A stretch of 64,000 nucleotides of DNA from Chrysomallon squamiferum (Eukaryota; Animalia; Mollusca): NCBI GenBank assembly GCA_012295275.1, contig CM022670.1, forward strand, positions 22,320,001 through 22,384,000. Direction: 5' to 3'. Position 1 is the stretch's first letter. The number at the start of each line of letters is the position of its first letter. A model generated the notes under the pieces. The model was given only the letters and a program-made list of their open reading frames with translations. It made no database searches and was not told the DNA's origin. The position numbers and the translations under genes are program-made. Below are positions 29,083 to 43,800 of the stretch, in pieces.

Positions 29083-29350
29083 ATAAAATATCGTATAACA
29101 TTTTTTGCTATTATATAACAAGAAGCAAAATACTAATGCTATAAATAGTATAATTATAATAATAGTTAAAAAAAAAAAAAAAAAGAACCCATTACTATTA
29201 ATAATGCAACAGAGTGATCGATACACCGGTATAAATTAAATAATTATAATAAGCCAATTCGACACTAATTACACATGAAGTAATGAAGGTTAAATGAAGT
29301 ACAATTATTGAAATAGAACATAACCAGTAGAGACGTGAAACTGAGGCTTT

Positions 29351-29435
29351 ACTTCCGGTCATTTTTCGCCATCTTTGTAGGTTTGGAGTTGAGGAGTAAA
29401 CCAGGAAATTCTGTTTTATAAGTCTAATATAAGGT
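29351..29435 (+). promoter_or_regulatory. Candidate housekeeping-type promoter / first exon of G-gamma A2
   Basis: ETS/GABP ACTTCCGG (29351) next to YY1-type CGCCATCTT (29368) in a CpG-richer patch. A candidate UTR exon lies at 31403-31474 (catag|...|gtatat). Confidence 0.55.
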
Positions 29436-32387
29436 TATTTTATTTTATGTAGAATTTTTTAAATCATTATTATTATTTTTGCATTATAATTAATATTGTT
29501 TCTCTTGTTTTTTTCCTGCCAGTAGTTTTGTTTTTCTTTTCTGACGCTGTATGTAAACAGAGATGCCTATTACCGTAATAGATATAAACTCGATAGACGG
29601 TTTGATATTACTAAAACTAGCTCGACATAGATCTGGCTGTTTTTCGCCAACGCTGCCAGACATTATTCTGCGCACTACGGGAGTAAATCATCTCGTTTGA
29701 TGATTGTTTGGACAAAAATCGCCAGTCATTTAGTGACCAACACCCAATCTGTCAGACACATAATCATGTGTGAGTTTTTATGTAAACCAATGAAGAGATT
29801 GACTCTTAATCGAGAAACTGCTATAGTATGCAGCATAACAAAATGTCAAATTGCACTGTATTTAAAAATTATTTTTATTTTTGCAGTTCAAAACTACTTT
29901 AACGTTATCTATGAACCCATAACTCCTGAACTGAATATGCCATTGCAATTTTTGCTATTTGAAGTATTTCATATTTATAGAACTTCTCACAGTTACTGTA
30001 AATGGAAAAATGATGTTTGTGCGGCTTTTATTTTTGGAAAAGTATTCAGTTTGTTACTTTCAAATCATTTTCAATTTGAAAACATAAAACATTTTAGTAA
30101 AAATATAATAATAAAAACATACAGATTTCCAAAAAATCTTTGCTGCTCACAAATTTCATTTACAAGATTTTATTTAGTATCTACTAGTCATGGTAGTAGC
30201 ATGGCTGCCTGTGTCATTGTTGGACAAACTGGTTGATTTGACAAGCAAAAATGTAGCAAAATATTGAGTAAAAACATTTGATAACAAGGTGTAGATTTAA
30301 CCGATAAAAATCAGTTATTTAAAAAAAAAAATTGTATTGATTCATTATCATTAGGAAATAATAAGCATTACTCTTTTACTAAAAATAATTTTATATGTTT
30401 AATGTGATGAAGAAAAATATTACCAAAACAAATTTTAATAATAATAATAATAATGACAATAAAATTTAATGCCACTGCAAAATGACTCATTACTGTCCTA
30501 TATAATTCTTTTTACAATCATTTCTGCTACAAAGTTGCTTAAAAGCATTTGATGGTTGGTTTACTCAAGAGCCTGATCTAGTGCAAGAGATGATTACATC
30601 AGACAATTTAGAGCAGTAAATGCAGGTGATTTTTGTCCAGCAGTTAAGAAAAGAGGGGTGCTATGGGTTTTCTGCCCTTAACAGCATGTATTTATGGTGT
30701 GTAAGTGAGCATTTGTCTGTGAACTCAAAATTGATAACCTAAGTGAGTGTTACATCAGACGTTAACTTTGACTTTAAAAGATTCTGATTCGTGTAACTAC
30801 TGCATTGATGAAAACATACCAAGATCTTTGCTGGGCTAGTATAAAATGAAATTTTTTAAAGCTAAATGAAAATTAACTTCAGCCGGAAAATGTTGTTGAA
30901 AGTTTGGTACGTTGCCATTAGATATTAGATACCCCATGTAATATGTGTTACATTACTTTATTAAAACTGAAAAAAATATGAATAGTGTGGACATCAAATG
31001 GTTGGATTTATCAAAAAACATAACAAAAAATAAAAATACATGGCAGGATAGAACATAATTTTGTGCATGATGTTTTTTATATCAGTAGTAAAGATCTTTA
31101 GACATCTGTCTATCTATAATACTATATCTGGATGGAAGATCTCTTAGAATGCTTTTAATTAAAATAACATCTAAGAGTTTTTGTATAATTAGTTGAAAAA
31201 TATACTGGGTCATGTAAAACATCTGAGTAGCTGATACACCTCCATTCCAACAAATAGAAGATTTATTACATGTGATTTTCACTATGACGTTTCACTAATG
31301 ACATGCATGTATTGGTGTTATAGCTAAATTTTAATTTAAATTAAATATTGTGCCAAATATTATGATTTCCTGTTAAGTTGTTAGTTTTGTTTATTTTCAT
31401 AGGTGGTGACAAAGCTAACGGAACAAGGGCAGACACTGCAGTATTGATATCTGCATACTTTTTCTGTTTTCAAGGTATATATATATATATGTGTGTGTGT
31501 GTATATGTAACATATATATAAGTAAAATATTCACAATTCGTGTTTATTACAATGGTGCAAACTTTTATTTTGGACTGGCACTTGAATTTAGTGTTAACAA
31601 AGTTACACTAACCCATATCTTGTTTTCTGTTGTCTGTCTTTGATATAGGTTAATGTTTTACAGCTTTATTTAGACATCCAAATCAAAATTTATAGCCAAA
31701 AATATTTTTAAAATTTAATGTAATAGATCAAAATTTTAATCAGATTTTCACATTTCGTAGTACATATTTTGATTATGAAAACTAATGGACTCCTATTTAA
31801 AATTCATTTAATAAAAATCTTTCTGAATGTAATTTTTAATTTTAATTTTTATTTATTACTAACAACACAAGTGTTTGCTGAAAAACTTTTGTAAATTACA
31901 TACTCTTTCTACAGTATCTTCAGCATGCACCAGAAATCACAAGTGTTTATTTTGAATGCATGTTTGATATGAACAATTACTAGACCATGTGAGTTATAAT
32001 GTTAGTAGACAGTCATGTCAAACTCACGAGTTTGTTTGGAGGTGAATATAAATGGTATGTTAACTATAAAAATAATTAACTGATGAAACAAATATTTGTA
32101 ATGGCATGTAAGCATAATTACTCACCTTCACTTTAAAAGGTAAGAATTGGGATATTTTCTTTAATTACTGAAATGCAAAATTTTTCTATGTCATAAAACT
32201 AACCAGAAGTTTTAGCTCACAGCAATCTAACACATGCATGCTCCATCATAAAAAGCCTTCAAAAAAAAAATTAACTTTCACAATTAATGCAAGACTCAAG
32301 TTTTGCATTACCTTAATGGAAAATGATAATGTAATATAATAATGATACTGTTGTTTTATGCAGGATTTACTGCTTTATTGTTCCATC

Positions 32388-32621
32388 ATGCCATACCCTT
32401 TCACCTCTGCAAGGGATTCTGATGCAAATGCGAAAAAGCTAAAGATGCAGATTCAAACTCTTAGGGTTCATGCATCGATGAAAAGAGAGAATTTATCAAG
32501 AACTCTTCAGGAAATGATTGAATATTGTGAGTCCCACAAGCAACATGACCCTTTGGTCACACGAGACAAAAATTTTGAAAACCCATATAAAGACACCAAA
32601 TTTAAATGTACTATATTATAA
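32388..32621 (+). CDS. G-protein gamma subunit, copy A2 (Ggamma30A/GNG13-like class), 77 aa
   Basis: MPYPFTSARDSDANAKKLKMQIQTLRVHASMKRENLSRTL...DPLV...NPY...CTIL*. About 50/77 residues are identical to A1 by hand alignment. The acceptor at 32363 makes 32388 the likely start. Confidence 0.93.
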   Translation: MPYPFTSARDSDANAKKLKMQIQTLRVHASMKRENLSRTLQEMIEYCESHKQHDPLVTRDKNFENPYKDTKFKCTIL

Positions 32622-35600
32622 CAAGCAGTCATTGCAGTTTATATATATTGTAAAGTGTGCCATTACTAGTGTTACCTTAATGAGGTTCACAAACTCAACA
32701 AACTGTTAAATGAATGTTTTAGTCATAAATACTGTAGTATAGCCACTGGAAAGTGATGAGTTTTCCCACCCATATATATTTTTATTTTTTATTTTTTTTT
32801 AAAATAAAAAAGTTTTGATTTTGGAACCAACAAGGTTTCTTTCATTACAGTTAAGTTTTATTTTCTTTACTCTGCTCCAGATTCTTGATGTATGCAGATG
32901 TGCATACAAATTACACTCCTCGCAGAAACTTCATTTTTCATGTGTACATGAGTGTGTCAGTTATTACAGTCTTAAAAAAGATCTGTGTTTTAAAGATATG
33001 GAGTTTTATACATACCTTTTATGTATGGTTATTTTATGTGTAAGCAAGTAATCATATTGAGTATACCTTGAATGTATATCTACATTTGACATAACTGTAC
33101 ACAACATTCATTTACGCAGTTCATTTATAAATTGGCATCTTTATAATCTTTGTTCTGTAACTGCAAAATTCAGATTTAAAAAACATTATTAACAATGATG
33201 TTGTAAACTGTTGATAATGGAGGTGCTAAATAAACCAATTTATTTTGAATTGAATTCCATTAGGTTATCACAAGTTGTATAATACTTTATTAAAAAAAAA
33301 ATAATTGTGGACTTCAGTAAGGTACACTGGAATGTACATATAATTATATGGTTGGCTAATACGTCAGGGGTAATATTCAAATGTTTTGAATGGTCAGCAG
33401 AGAAAAGTTCTGAAACAGCAGGTGAATTAATGCTTTGAGGATTGGCTCTTTAACTTGGATTCATATTATATTTACAAAAACATTTGCTAGTGTTTTTTTC
33501 TTTTTATACAATAATTCATCAGTTACACAGAAGCATTCTGTTTGTTAATCCCTGATACATTCAGCTGACAATACATGGTCAAAGTTCACATATTGATGTA
33601 TGTGTATAAAATTAAATATTTACATAGTTTAACATAGCCATGTTTAAAATAAATAAGTAAAAATATAAGGATGGGAGGAAGAATACAATACATCTAAATG
33701 TTTGTATATGCAACAATCTACATATCACCTTATTTCACTTCTGTGATTATATACAAGTAAGTTCATTATAGGATTTAAAAAGTTATTTGTATAATTCTTT
33801 AAAAAGCATTAAACCTCTTGATGACAGTGTCATAATCACAAACAGAATGATTATAAAATTGTTAAATAATCTTGAAAGACTTTTGAATTTATTTTTAAAA
33901 ACTTTAAATACATTTTTATATTGATTTAAAATTCACAAATGATAATCTTTATAAAAAATATAAAATATCTATAATGTTTCACAATTTTTATACTAATATT
34001 AATACAAAAAAATAAATATCAGTAGTACTGATGAAATATTATTTTAATATAGGCAGGCCTAATGTGTTTTTATCTTAATACATAGCAATCAATATGGAAT
34101 AAATAGCACAAAAAAACAACTTTTAAAACTTAGAAAGGTAACCTTCAAACTGATATTTAATTTGTAATTTTGGTAACACAAAAACGTAAATATGTTTTGT
34201 TTATTTTACTATAATTATTATTTTTTTTATAAAATAGAGATCAATCAGTGCTAATAGTTAAGAAGAGTAAAAAAGTGTAATGGAACTATGAAAGAGACCA
34301 CTTTCTTTGCATCTTAAAGAAAATGCAAGAAGAGAAAAAAGATATCAAAAATTTATTTAAAATGTATTTTTATAAGAAGTAAAATATAACAGAAATTCAA
34401 ATAAAATCTTGCTGGGTTCATGATTTAATAATATTTTTGTTTTTCTTTAAATATGTCTGTAAAAAAAAATATACATGTTTATCAGTTTATGTTTACAAAT
34501 TAACTTTTAATGGCAACATTTTCTTTATTGTGTGTGCATTATTATTATTTTTTTATGATTGGAATGCGCTGGCATAGAAATCTTTGAACCACATTCTTTT
34601 TGTGTATATGTGTGTTGTGTTTTTAATTTTGTGCATTTTATCAATTTTAATGGCATTTTTTTTTTCTTTTTTGTCCCCAACATTTTATGTGTTTCTTTTC
34701 TTCTTTTTTTCTTACTGGTTATTTTGAAAGTAATTTTCATTTTAGTCTGCACAAAAAAAACATTAGACTTCTAGCCTACTATTTCATTATAGTCTGCATA
34801 AAAAAGACATTGGATTTCTAGTCTACTATTTCATTTTACTAAATAAAGAAAACTTTAAAATAATTGGAATTTTTATGACTAACTCAATGAATTTTTAAAA
34901 AAGAGTAATTAATAGTAATTGATTAATTTTATAGCAACTGTCGTAATATTCAGAGAAAAATTAGCCATGTTAATTCTGCAGTTTCACCATAATTTCAGTT
35001 GGCTTTATGATTAAACTGCATTGGCTGTATTGAAGTTGTTTAAGAAATTCATATTTATTGTGACTTCTCTCACAGTTAAAGTTCGGTAGCTGACATAACA
35101 TAAAACCTCCCAGTACTTGACTTGTCTGTAAACATGACACGTTTCTCAGAACGTACGAGGCCCAGCCTGTGCCTGTTACAGGAATTTGTAATTCATTAAT
35201 GTAATACAACAGTAAATTTATATCTGTGAAAAACTTTTATTAACAGGAAAAACATGCAGTATCTTACATAACAATTATGAATTACAAAATAATTCATAAC
35301 TGAATACATTCTCACAGAGTAAAATGAAAGTCTAACAACAAAATTTCCAAATCGCATAACATAGCTGGTCTTTTTAGCTTAAATCTGATTGGTGAATTAT
35401 TGCCATGGAAACCGTAATATTCCAAGACCAGGTTAGTCTTGTGAACACACTATGTTTTTAATAAAAGTACATTACAGGCAGGGGAAGATTTGGCATGGAG
35501 AAACAAACTTCAAAACCATCTTGATGTTAAAACTACAACCAAGTGTGCTTTTTGAACAATGTTTTTTTAAAAAAATTAATCATAAGATAAACATTAAATG

Positions 35601-38600
35601 AACTTTCATGATCATCATTGGTCTTTCTACACAAATTAGGCTTTTCACCTTTATGAAAAGTAGGTACTGTTGTGTGTTGAAGCTCTGACAAGAAGAGTCT
35701 TGCAGCTGGTTCAAATTGAGAAATAGACTTAAAATAATGGGCATAATGTTCCTGGTATGGTCTGTGGTACCTTAAGTTGCCCAAACATCTTAGAATGTTA
35801 AACATCTCATCTACTAAAACATGCAGGACTTCATAAGTTGCAGCCACAAATTCCTATGGAAGTTTTTGGAGCATATCCTGTATTTTTACTGATTTAATTT
35901 TTTAATTTTTTAATTTAAAATTTTTTTTCTTGCATTGACCTTTTCTCTTCTCATTCACAAGGACAGGATAATTACACATTTCTTTGGAGACATTCTGAAA
36001 ATGAAGATAAAAAGTTAGCAATCATATCTAAAACTATTTTTCATGGAAAATTTTAATCAGAAAATATCGGCCTTTATTAATCTGTGTTAGCTACAATCTG
36101 ATTTGTATTGTATCACTGATTGATTCAAATGTTATGTCAGTTACCATCTAATGCCAATTTTTGATAAATCCTCCCCCCCACCAAAAAAAAAGATTCTAAG
36201 TGTTGCCTTGTCTTAAGAATATAAAAAAATTAATAACTTTTACAGTTTGTCATAGAGCAATTTGAAGACAAAGTAAAACCTTTTCTTATGATACTAAAAC
36301 AGTTTGTTCTACAAAGAAAATGCAGGTCATTATATGACTAGCTACCATCCATAAATAAATGAGAAAGAAAAACAAAATTATTGCAGTGAAAAAAATAAAA
36401 ATGAAAAAAGGTCTTCAAGTTACATATTTCAGGGAAATAATGCTATTTACATTTTTATTTTATCTTCAACAGACTTTTGGTATCTTTAATGAAAGGAACT
36501 GTTATTATTTGTAGTATTTTATTTTATTTTTTTTTTTTTTTTATTATTTTTTTTTTATTTATTTATAGATTTTTTTTTTGATTTAACAAAATACATTTTT
36601 AAAAGTTTTGAATAATGTATTAGGCATTGCCAACTCCATGCATTACACCTTCAAAATATCTTAATGATCAGAGATTAGAGTCACGTTTCAAATAAGTAGA
36701 GATACTGTTTAATAACACCATTAGCTTGTCTAATGGAAAGAATAAATATTTTATTTAATGATCCAAACACATTTTTTAAATTTATTTTTATTTTACTTAT
36801 TTTTTTTATGTTTAATGTATGTATTATAATCCATGACTAAGTAGTTCATATTAATTTTGAAAGAAAACCTATATATAGCTGTTTGTACATTTTTGTGTTG
36901 TCATTGCATGTTCATTGTAAATGTTTTTAGCAAAGATCAAACCATTCCATTAAACTAGTGATAACGAGTCTAGGTTAGAATGTATTTTTGTGGAAGCTAA
37001 TACTTTTGATATGAATAAAATCAAAGTTTTGGCATTATAAATAATTTAATAAAAGGAACAAAGAAATTTTGTCTGTAGGATATTGATTTTGATTTTCTTT
37101 TTCAACTGACTTTTTTTTCTTTAATATATTATTTTTAATTATTACTGGTATTATCATTATTTTTATTTATTTATTTATTTATTTATTTATTATTATTATT
37201 ATTGTTGTTTTTTTATTTTATTTTTTTATTTTTTTTAGTTAATTTTTATTTTTTTAAGTTAATGTATTTTAAAGGTAATGGTTTTTCCTTTCTCCTTTTG
37301 GTTATCACATCTGTCTGGTTGTTATTTTTATGTTTATGCTAAAAATTAAATAATGCACGTGAATGTTTGTTGTCTTGATGTTCGATATTATTTGTCATGT
37401 ATATTTTAAATTATTGTTATTATTTTTTTTTTTTTTTTTTCTCTGATTGGTAGTCCTAGTGCATGTGAAAATTATGTTCTTAGTAATCTTTGCTTGAGTA
37501 ACGGCAATAAACCTTTTAATTTTATATTTTGAGTTTTGTTTTTGTTGTGTGCATGTTTTTGTTTAGATTATTAAACTAACTATGTCAGCAGCGAAGGAAA
37601 GGAAATGTTTTCTTCAAAGCTTTATGTTTCAGATAATGAACATAAAAAAAATCACACAAAAACTCACACAGTGTGACTACTCAAACTTGACAGGAATTTG
37701 ATAAATCACACAAATCATTTGATTTAGAGAGTTCAGTTTTGAGAAGTTTTACTTGGATGTAATTTTTAATTTTTATTTATCTTTTTAATTATTATTATTA
37801 TTGTTGTTTAATCTATTAATAAAGATCGGCCATTAATAATATGAAGCAGTAATTACAGCAGGTTTGTGAAGTGAGACACATCTACCATATTACTTCCTTT
37901 GCTAAAAGAAAAATCTCAGTATCACTTTGGGGATGCAAACTGTGAAAAAACTAATTTCACAGATTTAGTTAATAAATTTGAATAAATTCTGAAATAAATG
38001 TAAGAAAACCAAATGTTTGTGCTTTGTATAAAAAATGGCTTTAAAAACATCCTCAAATTTTACAGCTTATCAAACTGCTGGATATGTGTATAAAATAATA
38101 TGTGGTATCTTGTTAAAAAAAAGTATTTTAATATTTTAAAAATAATATATGGTATCTGGTAAAAAAGTATTTTAATATTTTTCTGTTATGCAGCAGAAAG
38201 ATTACTGTGCAAAAGCTTTATTTTTCAGAGCTGCATGTTATTTTACAGGTATGGTTTAATATTTTAACAATTCACATTAATAATTTATGTAGCTCATTAC
38301 AGTTAATGTACTTGTGGTAAAATAAACAGACTGTGCATTTTGCAATCATTTTTGTAAAACAATTCGTTTGTAATGATCCATTTTTTGTTCATAATAAACT
38401 GATGGTAAAATAATAAGATACATAGAGGCTGACATTTTTTTTTTTGCCTTGAGTTTTAAATGTAAACAAAATTTCTGTTGGGCATTATCCAGCAATTTAT
38501 CTGATGGATTTTTATTGATTTTTATTTTATTTTTACTGTTTTTGTTTACTATATTTCTATGCACAAAATGACTTAGTGATCAAAAAATAAATCTTAGGCT

Positions 38601-40801
38601 CTCTCCCCAATGTTGGTGAAATAGCTATTTTATTAGTAAAAGCTGGTAATTGGAAACAAAATAAATTCCAAGCATGAAAGATACATTATAAATTCCATTT
38701 TTTCATGTAATATTAGGTTAAAAAAAAGAAAAAAGAAAGAAACATTGTAAAACCTAAAAATTAATAATGAATACCATAAATGTTTTTCTCCAGTGGATCA
38801 TGGGTAATTCCCAATTTTCCATGCCTCAACTATAAAGCTAACTTCATCATCATACTAATTCTGTATCTATCCCACAATGATGGTGAATAATTTGAATTAA
38901 AATAAAATGAGCACATGAGAGGACTGTGTTTTATTTTGCTGTTACAGCTGTAAAGGTACATGTACATCATAAAAAAAAAGAAAAAAAAGAATGTATTTAT
39001 TAAAGTTTATGGTACACCTTAAAGGTGAAGAGGAACTACTTAAATAACTTCTAATGAATGTGACTTATAAAAAAAAAATACATTGTTTTTAATAAGCTAT
39101 TCAGATGAACTGATAATGTATTTCAAAGTGGTAAAATCATAATTATATGTTTGGAAAGTTCCCTATTTTTGCAAAGTATGTTAATTTTATTTCAGATGGA
39201 TGATGACAAATGTGAAATAATTATTTAATTTAAATGAAGCTGTAATGTTTAATGCTAACAATAGATCAAATTATTTTCCTCAGATTTAGATTAATAAATA
39301 ATTAAGTGGTATGTTATGCCTTACATGCTGTGTACTCCTTACTCACAGTAAATGTCAGTGAATAATAATATCTCCAGAGTGTAATAACTAAGTGATTTTC
39401 AAGCTTTTACGTTATTATTTCAGTTAATTAAATCCTTTTAATTTTTCAGTTTTTAGTTTTGATGATATGAACAGAACACACACACACACACATATCATCA
39501 AGGATTAATTTTATTAAGAAAGTTGTAAAACTGCATCCTGAAGCAGACAGTCTGAAAAGGTCTTGTTAAGAATTTAAAAAAAAAAAAAAATGCAAATATT
39601 TCCAATAACTGCAACAGCAGTAATTCTGACAGTATAAAAACTATGGATGGTCTATTCTGAGAATGTGCACTATTAAACACAAAAACAACTTCATTTCATC
39701 CTGATTTCTAAATTTTAAAAAAATAAGACAATAAAAGTACCCAAAGATTCCTTGACTGCCAATAAAAAAATAGAACAGAATTAGTAAGAATTAATTTATT
39801 ATCCAGATTTAATGCTCCATGTTATCAGAAATTATTTTCAAGATTAACTTTTTGGAATCTCAGTTTTTTAAATGAATGTTTTATTATTATTCTGCTGCAG
39901 GTCGAGTTGATTTGGAAGGAACTTTTCAGGTTCTCAAGTGACCTCTTTGTTTTTGTTTTTAAAAACAACACATAACAATGTAAGTATTGAGTTCTAAAAT
40001 ATGTTGATTATGCATTAATATGGTCCCAACTAGAAGTTATATTTCTATTAACATATTTAAAAATATATATATATTAAAAAAATAATAATAATAAAAATAA
40101 ACAAATTAATCATAAACAAAAAAAAAAAAAAAAAAATATATATATATAATACAAAAAAAAAAAAAAAAAAAAAAAAATTAAATAAATAATAATATAAGAA
40201 AACCATAACTGAAATAACAAAAATGAATTAATGAGGGAGATAAATGATACTCCAGAATGTGGATAGCTTCAGAAGATTATTATGACAAAATAATGTAAAC
40301 TTAAATAAAAACATATCTGTTCAGTTCTTACTTATCTTAAATACTACTTTATGCTTTAAATAACACATTATTTCAACATAATTAATATTATAAAATTATT
40401 TTATTTTATTTATATATTCAAAAAATAGTAATAATAAATAAATAAATAAATAAATAAAAAAAAAACAATTAATTTGAAATAAATTTTCCCTCTGTTTATT
40501 TTAACAGAACATTTAAGCTGTATTATTATTTTAAAACTATATAATTTTTTATTTTAACAAGCTTTCCCTTCTCTTTGTTTTAACAAAACATTTAAGCTGT
40601 ATTATTATTTTTAAAATATTTAATTTTTTTTAATGTAATTTTACACCTATTAATAATATTTATTTATCCTTTTTTTTTATGCAATTTTTTTATTTTAACA
40701 TAATTTCACACCTATTAAAAATAGTTATTTATCTTTTTATCTTTTCTTTTTTGCTATATTTGTTTCACATGTGACATTTAATTTTTACAGATTTCAGCAA
40801 A

Positions 40802-43800
40802 ATGGGTGAGTTTTATAAAAAGTGTAATTTTGTTTTTCTTGTTACTTCCTAGCATAGTCCATCCTGTGTATGTTTTTCACTTCATTATATTAACAACAAC
40901 TGCACTAAATTTTTGAACAAATTACTGCTAATTGTACTACTAACAAACTCGAAAGCAACAGTAATAACAACAACAATGAAATAAATAAATAAGGTCTGAA
41001 AACATGTTTGATTATAATATTAGTGTACAGTTATCTCCATAAATTATGTTAATATGACTTTTTTTACCATGGTTTTAAGCTGGATGACCTTTTTCTAAAT
41101 AATAAATTTTAATTAATTTTAATAGAATTTCTGTATTGTAATATAATGTTATTAAAATCAAAATGAATTAGATTGTGTGTAATATATTATGATGAAATAA
41201 AATATGATATCATTTCAAGATCAGTCTGTGAGCCAGACTCACTATAGCTTGTTGAAAAAATAAACATTAAAATTATTTGTTTTCCATTAACAGTATACAT
41301 AACTGTGAAATAAATATTAAGCTTTAAAATGTATTTTGAACTGGATAGTGACAGGCATTTTGCTTTTAGTTATGTGAAAACATCATAGCTATGATAAAAA
41401 AATTAAAAAAAAAAAAAAAAAAAAATTATAAATAATGATAATAATAATAATATTACTACTACTACTACTACTACTACTAACAACACATAACCAATAAATA
41501 CTTAAAATAGGAATTTAAAAAAAAAAAAATCCTTTTGTCATTGCAACAGTTAACAGATGTTCAAGTAATGGCCAGTTGTATATAAATGATTTTTAAAAAC
41601 CTGTATTTTATGCATGCTGGAATGTAATTAATTATGTTCAACATCATGGTAATCTTGATGCAGTCGTCAGCTTGAATAGAAGTCGGTGACAAGCATTGTG
41701 CTCTATTTGTTACAAATACAACATCTGTGTTCAAACCATTAAACTGGGCATGAACACTTTAAATATTAACTGAATAACAATTCAATTTTTAACTTCAGAA
41801 GCATGTTTTCTCTGTAAATATTTTGTACTAACCATTAATAACCATTTTGATGAGCTTGAAATTTATCTTTTCATATAGGAACACAAGGGAATGCTGGTGA
41901 GAGATGGATGTCTATTAAGTAGAATTACACTAGTTCTTTATTAAGTGTATATACCCATTCAGTGCTGGATTGTTTTCAAACTGCCTATCTTGTTGCAGTA
42001 AATAGTAGTGAAAAGTCATGAAAAATCTCGAACATTTATTATTTTGTAAAATAAAATATAATAAAATTTTAAAATCTGTAGCCCTCTGCCCCAGAATGAT
42101 CCCTCAAATTAAAAACAAAGAGAGAAATTCAGTAATATGAACAAAATAGGCCTGTTGGTATATTTCTGGGTTTCAAAAAAAAAAAAAAAAATTAAAACAA
42201 CATTTAAGTAAAAATAAAAATTCATAATTAACTGGTCCCTGTAGTTGTAGTTTTTTTGAAATTTTCTTCATTTTGAATTTGCTGAAACAAAATTTACCTA
42301 TTTCTTTCTTCTAATTTTTAAAATTTTAAAATTATAATTTAAATTACATCTATGAATGTATATTTTGAAGTAACTTTCATGCCTTACATCTTTTTTGTTT
42401 CAAATTTATCTGTTTGTCTCTCTATCTTTCTGTCTATCTACCGATCTAATTGTCTGTCTTTCTGTCTATCTGTCCATATTGAAAATTGTATGACTTTAAA
42501 AAATAAAAAATGTTGGTTATGAAAAATATCTGGCATAGATTAACCAGCACTGAATGGGTGTCTCTATATTAATTTTAGACTAATATTTCTTTGTGTCTCA
42601 CATATAGTTAGAAATCTTCTTTCTGCATAGATATATGAATTGTTACACCTTTTTAAGCAAACAAAACTGTGCACATGACTTGACTTGGACAAAATGTCTT
42701 TTTTATACCGTTTAAATCACAACCTCTAAAGTGTGTAATAACTTTTTAACTGCTTAATAAATAGCAAAAAAGAAAACTTTTTATGTTTATCATGTCAGAC
42801 TAGTTAAATATTTTTAAAGAATAAAAAGAAAACTTACCAGTGTTATTTCAAGCAATTATTTCAATGCAATACGAATGCATCAAAGAATGCCATGATTACA
42901 CACTTATAAAAAAATTTATTTTTCATTCTTCATTGAATATCAGTATGTAATGACTTAAAGAAAGATTCTTTAGTATTCCCAAACAGTTCAAAATTAGTAA
43001 AATTGCATTTAACATTTTTAATTTATATTTTTATTTTTATTTTTTTTTTAAATTTTAGTTTAAACTTTCCATTCTGTTCCTTTCATTTTGCTTTCATGTT
43101 AAAATCAGGATAATCATGAAAAATACACATTTAAAATTTATGGAACAGGTTCATTAAATTTATGTATGTTGTCATACATTGTGTGTGTGTCATGAAATAA
43201 TAATATTTCTAAGTCCACAACACATTCATATTATAGGGGTAATTACAGAATACTGATAAATGAGGAGAAACAGCAGCAATATTTTGCATTTTAACAAGCA
43301 GCATAAAGCAGTTTTGGGTTAACTGGTTTCACAGAGCTTTGTATGATAATTTCAATTTGTTTGGTATTATGTTGTATGAATTCTTGTGGACCTAATTTAT
43401 TGATATTGACATGTATGAGCATGGCTTTGTTACTTAACACTCACAGTTCTGCTTTCTTTCTTTTCTCTATTTTATGTCTTTAATATGTCTCTGATGAGTT
43501 GTGTAAATAATATATTGTGTGTGTGTGTGTGTGTACATATGTATCTGTGTGTATATATATGTATGTATGTGTGTGTGTGCACATTATTGACCTTTATTAT
43601 CACCAGCAGCATGACAAAAAACATCTCTTCTTCACAACAGTTGACAAACATCTTGATTTGTCTTACTCTATTTAATAATTATAAACATTTGAAACATCAC
43701 ATTTCACTCTAGTCCCTTTTTTCTGAAAAACACTAAATTATTAAGCATCTTGTTTCAAAAACACACCAAGGAAAGCACAAATTCACCAAAATTAGAGAAA

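Noticed and set aside
29697-30236. 179-aa ORF
   Set aside because: Non-ATG start, AT-rich Ile/Phe/Lys composition, no recognisable domain; it probably lies in the 5' intron of G-gamma A2.
32358-32387. ORF-track N-terminal extension MQDLLLYCSI of G-gamma A2
   Set aside because: That ATG overlaps the splice acceptor (tatgcag|), and alignment to A1 starts at 32388.
34733-34840. Local tandem duplications (~48 bp here; also ~38092-38182 and ~40490-40740)
   Set aside because: Ordinary slippage duplications in AT-rich DNA with no further structure.
35533-35995. 104-aa minus-strand ORF with nearby acceptor-like sites
   Set aside because: GTG start, and all three frames from the acceptor near 35877 hit stops quickly. 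No recognisable homology, although a lncRNA cannot be excluded.
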